Position numbers and translations under genes: made by a program. Of a DNA stretch of 27,710 nucleotides, positions 21,196-27,710 are shown piece after piece; position 1 is the first letter of the stretch, and every line of letters begins with the position of its first letter. The notes below the pieces were generated by a model. The model was not told the DNA's origin and searched no databases. It was given only the letters and a program-made list of their open reading frames with translations. The DNA is from a bacterium (GTDB lineage: Bacteria; Hydrothermota; 32-111). The stretch lies in assembly GCA_046484245.1 (NCBI GenBank), contig JAWOBN010000077.1:1-27710 (forward strand). The letters run 5' to 3'.

Positions 21196-21912
21196 ATGAA
21201 AAAGTGCATTAAAGTACAGTACGGAAGCAAGGTTTTCCCTGTCAATGCGGAGTTCAGCAGGAGAAAGACATTCTCAGTGACTGTCTATCCGGACCAGACA
21301 ATAGTTGCAAAGATTCCCGACAATGTGAGTGAAAAGCGGGCATTGGAGCTTCTCAAGAAGAAATCGCGCTGGATCAATGAAAAGATGCAGTATTTTGAGA
21401 AGTTTCAGCCTATAATCAAAGAGAAGCACTACATGAGCGGTGAAGAGTTCTACTATCTGGGCAGGCAGTACAGATTGAATATTATTAAAAGCAGGAAAGA
21501 GGATGTAAAACTCAAGGGCAAATTCATCAATATCTATACAACCCATACCCAAGACAGACAGAAGAAGAAACAGCTCATATATAAGTGGTATAGAGACCAT
21601 GCAGTGCAGTATATTACAAAGAGAATAGAACTGTACAGCGGGAAATTCAAAAAGCGCGGCATAGAGGCAGAGGAGATCCGTTTCAGGAGAATGAAGAGGC
21701 GCTGGGGCAGCTGTTCAGGCAAGAGAATCATTACATTCAATACTGAACTGGTGCGCGCGCCTGTTCACTGCATTGACTATGTGATAATCCATGAGTTTAT
21801 TCATCTGAAATACATGAAGCACGATAAGAAGTTCTACAGGACACTGGAATATATAATGCCTGACTGGCAGTTGCGCAAGGAGCGTCTGGAAGGGGTGCAG
21901 ATACCTGAATAA
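21196..21912 (+). CDS. YgjP/DUF45 (SprT/M48-like) metal-dependent hydrolase
   Basis: GEEFYYLGRQY, MKRRWGSCS, IDYVIIHEFIH (HExxH), H-x-K-x-F, MPDW. Confidence 0.92.
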   Translation: MKKCIKVQYGSKVFPVNAEFSRRKTFSVTVYPDQTIVAKIPDNVSEKRALELLKKKSRWINEKMQYFEKFQPIIKEKHYMSGEEFYYLGRQYRLNIIKSRKEDVKLKGKFINIYTTHTQDRQKKKQLIYKWYRDHAVQYITKRIELYSGKFKKRGIEAEEIRFRRMKRRWGSCSGKRIITFNTELVRAPVHCIDYVIIHEFIHLKYMKHDKKFYRTLEYIMPDWQLRKERLEGVQIPE

Positions 21913-21989
21913 TGCTGTGGTGAAACCGGACTCCAAAATACGCCATTTCACTTGATTTTACTTTGATTATATCCTAATATCTTTACTAT

Positions 21990-23876
21990 ATGAAAAAATT
22001 AAAGAGCATTATTACATCATGGTCAATCCGCAAGATGATCATACTGCTTATAATACTGATATTATTCCTCCTGATACTTGTTCTTGTATGGTCACTTATC
22101 AATATTGTTCTGCTCAGTAAAGCGAGCAATTCAATACTCAAAGAGAATTATGACAGTATTCTCTACTCAAATAAGATGATAACATCCTCGGAAAGGGAAG
22201 ACAGTGCAATACTGCTCATATTCAGCGGATATGAGGATGAGGGCATTGAACAGTTCAATAAGCACAAATCCATATTCATGGATAATCTCTCAAATGCCAA
22301 ATCCAATATCACAATAGAGGAGGAATCTGCTGTACTTGATTCCCTTCAGGCATATTATCTCAATTATATCAATATGTTTGAGAATCTCCTGAGGAAGAAG
22401 GACAGTGCTGAAAATGCTGATTCCAATTCCCTCGGTCAGTATTACTATCAGGAGATATTCCCTGTATTCAACAGGATAAGGGTCTTCTGTGATTCCCTGA
22501 AGACACTCAATCAGAATCAGATGCAGAAGGCAAATACAAATGCCATTAACAGAGGGGAATATGCTGCAACATCAACCCTTGTAATAGGCCTGATTGCAGT
22601 GTTTATGGGTATTATCTTCGGTATTCTTGCATCAAACCGGATAGTGAGATCCCTCTTCAAGGTCATTGATGCCACCAATAAGATATCTGCCGGAAACTAT
22701 AAGATAAATATCAAGCCGGACAATATCTATGAAACGGATGTGCTTGCCAATGAACTGATGAAAATGGCGAGAAAACTGGATTCATTCCAGAAAATGCAGA
22801 TAGAGCGTATTATCAATGAGCAGAAGAAAACAGATATTGTATTCAAGAGCCTGCAGGACGGTATTATTGTTGTGGATAAAGACGGACAGATAAAGAATGT
22901 AAATCCCAAAGCAAAAGAATTTTTGGGAACTGTTGCTGACAGTATTATTGGAGAAAACATATCAGGGATTCTCTCTGTTATTGAAAGTGAGAAGAAAGAA
23001 AAACAGATTCTTGATTTTATAACAGGTGAGAGCAGTTCGCTTGAAGCAGTCAATGTCAAGATGGATTCCCATTACTATGAGATAAATCTGATATCACTGG
23101 AAACAGATTCAGGCAAACGCTTCGGCTCAACACTGCTCATACATGATATAACGAGAATGGTTGAGATAGGGCAGATGAAAACGGATTTCATATCAACTGC
23201 TTCCCATGAATTGCGCACACCGGTGACATCAATAGAGATGAGCATAAACCTTATCAAGGAAAAACTTGAAGAAAGAACGGATAAAAGCGAGAAGGAATTG
23301 CTGGATATTGCAGTAGAGGATGTCTATAGATTGAAACTCCTTATCAATGACCTGCTTGACATGTCCAAACTGGACAGGCAGAATATTATCACAAAGGTGC
23401 ATGATATAGAAGATATTATCAAAATTCCCGGAAGCATCAGGAAAACCAAAATGAAGAATAATGATTATGACTTCAAGTATGAAAAAACTGATGCAGACGG
23501 AAAGATTAAAATTGACCATTCAAAGATGTATCTTGTATTCAAGAATCTTATTGACAATGCTGTCAAGTATTCAAAGAAGGGGAGCACCATTAAGATGAGT
23601 TCATCAATAAAGAATGATTATTACTACTTCTCCATTATAAACAAGGGAAACAAGATTCCCAAGTCACAGGAGAAGAATATATTTGAAAAGTTTGTCAGAT
23701 TGAGTCAATCCGACCATACCCCGGGCACAGGCCTCGGTCTTGCAATGTGCAAGAAGATCATTGAATATCACGGTGGGAGAATCTGGATAGACCAGTCATC
23801 TGAAGATACCAATAAATTTGTCTTTAAACTACCACTCTATAGAGGAGATGAAAATGAGGAAGATACTGATAGTTGA
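21990..23876 (+). CDS. Membrane sensor histidine kinase (helical periplasmic sensor, HAMP, PAS, HisKA, HATPase)
   Basis: 628 aa; two TM segments; ILKENYDSI sensor motif (KinB/4HB-like); H-box ASHELRTP; N-box NLIDNAVKY; G2 GTGLGL. Confidence 0.95.
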   Translation: MKKLKSIITSWSIRKMIILLIILILFLLILVLVWSLINIVLLSKASNSILKENYDSILYSNKMITSSEREDSAILLIFSGYEDEGIEQFNKHKSIFMDNLSNAKSNITIEEESAVLDSLQAYYLNYINMFENLLRKKDSAENADSNSLGQYYYQEIFPVFNRIRVFCDSLKTLNQNQMQKANTNAINRGEYAATSTLVIGLIAVFMGIIFGILASNRIVRSLFKVIDATNKISAGNYKINIKPDNIYETDVLANELMKMARKLDSFQKMQIERIINEQKKTDIVFKSLQDGIIVVDKDGQIKNVNPKAKEFLGTVADSIIGENISGILSVIESEKKEKQILDFITGESSSLEAVNVKMDSHYYEINLISLETDSGKRFGSTLLIHDITRMVEIGQMKTDFISTASHELRTPVTSIEMSINLIKEKLEERTDKSEKELLDIAVEDVYRLKLLINDLLDMSKLDRQNIITKVHDIEDIIKIPGSIRKTKMKNNDYDFKYEKTDADGKIKIDHSKMYLVFKNLIDNAVKYSKKGSTIKMSSSIKNDYYYFSIINKGNKIPKSQEKNIFEKFVRLSQSDHTPGTGLGLAMCKKIIEYHGGRIWIDQSSEDTNKFVFKLPLYRGDENEEDTDS

Positions 23877-24489
23877 TGACGAGAAAAACATTCTCAAAAC
23901 AATAAAGACATCGCTTGAAGGAGATGATGTCAGGGTTGATACTGCAATGAATGGAGAGGAGTGCCTTGATCTAATTGAGGAGAAGGAGTTTGATCTGATT
24001 CTGCTGGATTTGAAGATGCCTGTTATTGACGGCATTGAGGTCCTTAAACGGCTTTCGGAGAAGGAGGTCTTTATCCCTGTTGTAATCATTACAGCGCATG
24101 GCACAATTGACAAGGCAGTGGAGGCAATGAAACTCGGTGCAGTTGATTTCATACAGAAGCCGTTTTCGCCCAATGAGATAAGAGAAATAGTTGATGACAT
24201 GTTTGAGCGCAATGAGGTTGTTGAGGAAAACGCAAGCACATACAAGGATTATTTTCACTTAGCCAAGAAATCCGCACAAAAGAGAGAATATGACAAAGCG
24301 CTTGATTATGCATTTAAGTCACTGAATAAGGAAGAGGAGATACCGGATGTATTTCTCTTTATCGGATTTATTTATGAAGTTATCAATGAACATGACAAGG
24401 CAATGAAATACTATAATGCCACATTATCCATAGAACCGGGGAATCAGTATGCTCTTGACCGCATAAAGAAACTCGGTGACAATCTGTAA
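23854..24489 (+). CDS. Response regulator, REC plus TPR-like C-terminus
   Basis: Start ATG 23854 after GAGGAG; ILIVDDE, LLDLKMP, ITAHG, QKPF intact; C-terminal LFIGFIYE..DKAMKYYNATLSIEPGN is TPR-like; no HTH visible. Confidence 0.92.
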   Translation: MRKILIVDDEKNILKTIKTSLEGDDVRVDTAMNGEECLDLIEEKEFDLILLDLKMPVIDGIEVLKRLSEKEVFIPVVIITAHGTIDKAVEAMKLGAVDFIQKPFSPNEIREIVDDMFERNEVVEENASTYKDYFHLAKKSAQKREYDKALDYAFKSLNKEEEIPDVFLFIGFIYEVINEHDKAMKYYNATLSIEPGNQYALDRIKKLGDNL

Positions 24490-24498
24490 GGATGTGAT

Positions 24499-24897
24499 AT
24501 GTATATTATAATTGTAGGCTGCGGGCGTCTCGGCTCATATCTTGCCAATAATCTTTCCAAGAAAGAGCAGCAGGTCGTTATTGCGGATAAATACGCATAT
24601 GCTTTCAATAAACTGTCTGAGCATTTTGACGGATTTAAGGTTGAGGGGAATGCCACTGAAATGTCAGTGCTTGAATCAATGAAGGCAAGTGACGCGGATG
24701 TTTTTATTGCTGTTACGGAAAATGACAATATCAATCTGATGCTTGCCCAGATAGCACAGAAGCATTTTGCAATCAAAAAGGTTATTGCAAGGGTAAATCA
24801 TCCCAAGAGAATGTCTGTGTTTTCTGTGTTCGGCATTGACACAATATGCCCCACGAATATTGCAGGCGAAAAACTCTTAAACTCACTGGATTTGTAA
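24499..24897 (+). CDS. trkA: TrkA-N (RCK_N)-only potassium uptake regulatory subunit
   Basis: 132 aa; IIIVGCGRLG nucleotide-binding loop, ADVFIAVT..DNINL, VIARV. Confidence 0.9.
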   Translation: MYIIIVGCGRLGSYLANNLSKKEQQVVIADKYAYAFNKLSEHFDGFKVEGNATEMSVLESMKASDADVFIAVTENDNINLMLAQIAQKHFAIKKVIARVNHPKRMSVFSVFGIDTICPTNIAGEKLLNSLDL

Positions 24898-24898
24898 T

Positions 24899-25576
24899 AT
24901 GGATATAATAATTGTAGGAGATGAAATTGTCATCTATTTTCTCACAAAAGCATATATAGGCAAAGGGCATTCTGTCACTGTTATAAACAGGTCAAGGGAA
25001 GAAAGTGAGTTTATGGCAAAAAACACCAATGCCAAAATTGTTCTGGGGGATGCATCTGATCCCGAGGTATTGGAGGATGCAGGTGTGCATACAGCTGATT
25101 ATCTTGTTTCACTGACACCCAATGATCATGATAATCTCATAATATGCCAATTGGCTCAATTCAAATTCGGTGTTTCAGAGACATTTGCCCGTGTCAATGA
25201 TCCGGACAATGAAGCCATATTCAAGGAATTGGGCATAAAGAATATATTTTCATTCACCAATGACCTGGCTTCACTTATTGAACAGCAGTCATATGTTGAT
25301 GATGTGCTGAGCCTGGGGCCTGTGAGCGGCGGTAAAATTGTGGGATTTGCCATTGATATAAAGGAGAGCTCTGATGTTGTGGGACAGCAGATAATGGAAT
25401 TGGAACTGCCGCCCAATACACTCATACTCTCTATTGAGAGGGGTGAAGATGTTATGATCCCCAATGGGACAACAAGAATAACAGCCAAAGACAGGATCAC
25501 TATTTTCACTGCTGCGGAGAATCAGAAAAAAGCAGTTAATCTGTTTCTGCCCAGTGATGATGAGGCACAGATTTGA
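24899..25576 (+). CDS. trkA: TrkA-family subunit (RCK_N + RCK_C) with degenerate glycine loop
   Basis: 225 aa; GDASDPEVLEDAG, DHDNL, IERGEDVMIPNGTT; N-terminal loop reads GDEIVI rather than GxGxxG. Confidence 0.9.
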   Translation: MDIIIVGDEIVIYFLTKAYIGKGHSVTVINRSREESEFMAKNTNAKIVLGDASDPEVLEDAGVHTADYLVSLTPNDHDNLIICQLAQFKFGVSETFARVNDPDNEAIFKELGIKNIFSFTNDLASLIEQQSYVDDVLSLGPVSGGKIVGFAIDIKESSDVVGQQIMELELPPNTLILSIERGEDVMIPNGTTRITAKDRITIFTAAENQKKAVNLFLPSDDEAQI

Positions 25577-27111
25577 GAATCAATCAGAAGAACAGAATAA
25601 TATACATCAGCTTCTTCAAGTATATTGCTTTTTTATGTTTCTTATGGGGAGGCCTCTATCTGCTCCCTGTTTTGATGTGTTTTTTTGACAGATCAGAATT
25701 GTCATATTCCCATTATTTTTATATACCTGCCGGAATACTTGTTGTCACAGGGCTTATTCTCTATTTAATAACAGGCAGACGCCAGTACCCCGGAATCAGT
25801 TTATACTCAAGCCGTGTGCTCATATTAATAATGTGGATGCTCTCCATACTGATAAGCACTGTCCCTTTTATGCTTCTGGCAAAAGTCCCCTTTCTTCTGG
25901 CTCTTTTTGAATCCACCAGCGGCCTGACCACAACAGGGCTGACTGTTGTGGACGTGAAGGCGCAGACCCATATGCTGCTTTTCTGGAGGAGCCTGCTTCA
26001 GTTTGTCGGAGGTGCGGGATTTGCAATAATAATGGTCACATTTGCAGGCAATACATCAATTAATTTTGCAATTGCAGAGAGCAGGGATGAATATCTTGTC
26101 CCCAATATAAAGAGCTCATCACTTATTATTCTCAAACTCTATTTCACTTATGCAATAGCAGGCATTGCAGCCTACACCCTTTTCGGCATGGGACTGTTTG
26201 ATGCAATAAATCACACATTTGCCGCAGTATCAACAGGAGGGTTTTCAACACAGGTTAACAGTATAGGCGCATGGAACTCTGTGCCAATAGAGATAATCAC
26301 CATAGTGCTGATGATTATGGGCGGCACGAGTTTCCTCTCCGCATACACCCTCTCGCAGGGGAATGTAAAGGCATTTCTGAAGAATTCGGAGATAAAGCTG
26401 ATGTTCTTCCTTGTCATTATCGGATTCACGGCAATTATTGTTTCCCTGGGCAGTATGTTCTATAATTCAGTGAGTAAAGTCGTGAGGGTCGCTGTTTTTG
26501 AATCTGTTTCGGCAATAACAACAACCGGCTTTTCAACAGTGGGATACGGCAATTGGCCTCTCTCCGGCCTCTTCTTTATTATTATATTCATGGTTATAGG
26601 CGGCGGCACTTTTTCAACAGCAGGCGGTATAAAGCAGTTAAGGGTATATATACTGATAAAAACAATTATTATGCATTTAAAGAGGCAGCATCTGCCCAAA
26701 CGAAGGGTTTTGATGGATTTCTTCTATAATGGGGAAAGAAGACAGAAAATTGACTATGAACAATCCAGGTCAGTTGCCTATTTTACAATTATCTATCTGA
26801 TGCTTCTGGCTATAGGCATTATTATAGCATTATTCAACAACTTCAATCTGGAAACCTCTGTATTTGAGATTGCTTCCGCCCTTGGCACAGTGGGGCTTTC
26901 ACTCGGCGCAACATCAGCGTCAGCACCCAAACCCGTGTTGATTTACCAGATCATTGCAATGATTCTCGGCAGACTGGAGATCTTTGTGGTAATCCTGGGA
27001 TTTCTCCAATTAATAAAGGATACACGCAATTTCATGTTTTCCGGCAAATCAGCATCTCAGTCGTATGAATATCCTTCCGGACCATCAGAACAGACCTCCA
27101 AAGAGGTATAA
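25573..27111 (+). CDS. trkH: TrkH-family potassium uptake membrane subunit
   Basis: 512 aa; TTG start overlapping the upstream TGA; four pore loops TTTG, STGG, TTTG, GTVG; STAGGIK; GRLE. Confidence 0.96.
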   Translation: MRINQKNRIIYISFFKYIAFLCFLWGGLYLLPVLMCFFDRSELSYSHYFYIPAGILVVTGLILYLITGRRQYPGISLYSSRVLILIMWMLSILISTVPFMLLAKVPFLLALFESTSGLTTTGLTVVDVKAQTHMLLFWRSLLQFVGGAGFAIIMVTFAGNTSINFAIAESRDEYLVPNIKSSSLIILKLYFTYAIAGIAAYTLFGMGLFDAINHTFAAVSTGGFSTQVNSIGAWNSVPIEIITIVLMIMGGTSFLSAYTLSQGNVKAFLKNSEIKLMFFLVIIGFTAIIVSLGSMFYNSVSKVVRVAVFESVSAITTTGFSTVGYGNWPLSGLFFIIIFMVIGGGTFSTAGGIKQLRVYILIKTIIMHLKRQHLPKRRVLMDFFYNGERRQKIDYEQSRSVAYFTIIYLMLLAIGIIIALFNNFNLETSVFEIASALGTVGLSLGATSASAPKPVLIYQIIAMILGRLEIFVVILGFLQLIKDTRNFMFSGKSASQSYEYPSGPSEQTSKEV

Positions 27112-27330
27112 TGAAATATTTGATTTGTGTAATATTTATTCTATCCTGACATTTATTTCCGGTGAAACAGTCAATGGATTTAACCTGTCCAATGCAGTAA
27201 TAGATAAAGAGGCAATTCACAGCGGCGGGCCGCCCAGAGACAGCATATCCCGCTGGATTAATTGCCTTCAGGGAAAACAATCACATTTAAGTATAATGAA
27301 GCAGATAAATATATTGAATTGAGGCATTCT
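27111..27330 (+). pseudogene. Frameshifted, truncated DUF3179-like gene fragment
   Basis: TAATG-coupled ATG gives MKYLICVIFILS*; another frame continues ILTFISGETVNGFNLSNAVIDKEAIHSGGPPRDSI, resembling the DUF3179 N-terminal GGPPRDGIPA motif as I recall it; CCC GCT (PA) follows after a further 1-nt shift. The 3' end is approximate. Confidence 0.65.
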
Positions 27331-27437
27331 ACCCGGAAACCGAGTTGTGGCGGAAATAGCAGGCGCATTGTCTAATAACTGAATCTTGTCCTTGACTCCC
27401 CCTAACCCCCGATATTTATACAATTACATACATTCTG

Positions 27438-27595
27438 TCCAAATCCCGGGGACAGCCCTTCACATTTTTCACGTTTTACAAAATCAGGCAAACATAAATT
27501 CTGAAATAATAAGACTTAGAAAATGCTCTATTGTAAGTTTAGTGATAATAAAACATAAGTGTGAAAGATATGAAGGGCTGTCCCTGGGATTTGGA
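27438..27595. mobile_element. Long inverted-repeat element E3
   Basis: 35-bp arms 27438-27472 and 27561-27595 with 32/35 matches; termini TCCAAATCCC as in E2 and GGGAC..GTCCC as in E1; 88-bp AT-rich spacer. Confidence 0.8.
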
Positions 27596-27663
27596 GGGTA
27601 GTTTTGACAAAATAAGGGTAAAAGGACAGATGTTGAAAACTTGACAAGCTGTTATGCATAATC

Positions 27664-27708
27664 TAGAACGAATAGAGCGAATAGAGTGTGTAGAACGGGT
27701 AGAACTTT
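27664..27708 (+). repeat. Degenerate 9-bp tandem repeat, same unit as 60-110
   Basis: tagaacgaa tagagcgaa tagagtgtg tagaacggg tagaacttt. Confidence 0.85.
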
Positions 27709-27710
27709 AG

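Noticed and set aside
23630..23665. Kinase as a pseudokinase because G1 reads NKGNKIP instead of DxGxG
   Set aside because: N-x-G-x-x-I-P variants occur in functional kinases, and the H, N, F and G2 boxes are intact.
23818..23853. Longer start of the response regulator
   Set aside because: Lies deeper inside the kinase gene; the SD and the REC domain start favour ATG 23854.
27386..27601. 71-aa ORF spanning element E3 (TTG start)
   Set aside because: Runs through a non-coding inverted-repeat element; no SD and no equivalent ORF in E1 or E2.

Overview
Bacterial window, probably from a diderm FCB-related candidate-phylum organism (inferred from beta-barrel-like proteins and a T9SS-type C-terminal sorting domain). 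Contents in order: a repeat-dense intergenic stretch (60-466); an AT-rich three-gene cassette of paralogous putative outer-membrane/lipoproteins (620-2565) bracketed by two long inverted-repeat elements; a complete H-I-K-E-C-F-A-B-D V/A-type ATPase operon with an NtpK-type Na+ signature (3068-11757) and four downstream unknown genes; a minus-strand operon of radical SAM, mtnA and an OM protein, probably on a leaderless mRNA; two LVIVD-repeat surface proteins; an orphan YgjP/DUF45 gene behind a res-like region and chained uORFs; and a histidine kinase / REC-TPR / TrkA-N / TrkA / TrkH operon ending in a DUF3179-like pseudogene. The most unexplained signal is a family of 137-162 bp elements. They have 28-35 bp inverted arms that differ between copies yet pair within each copy, a near-constant core length, shared termini, a shared internal motif and no target duplication. 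All copies sit at the borders of accessory or broken genes. Everything was read by eye; no database search was run.
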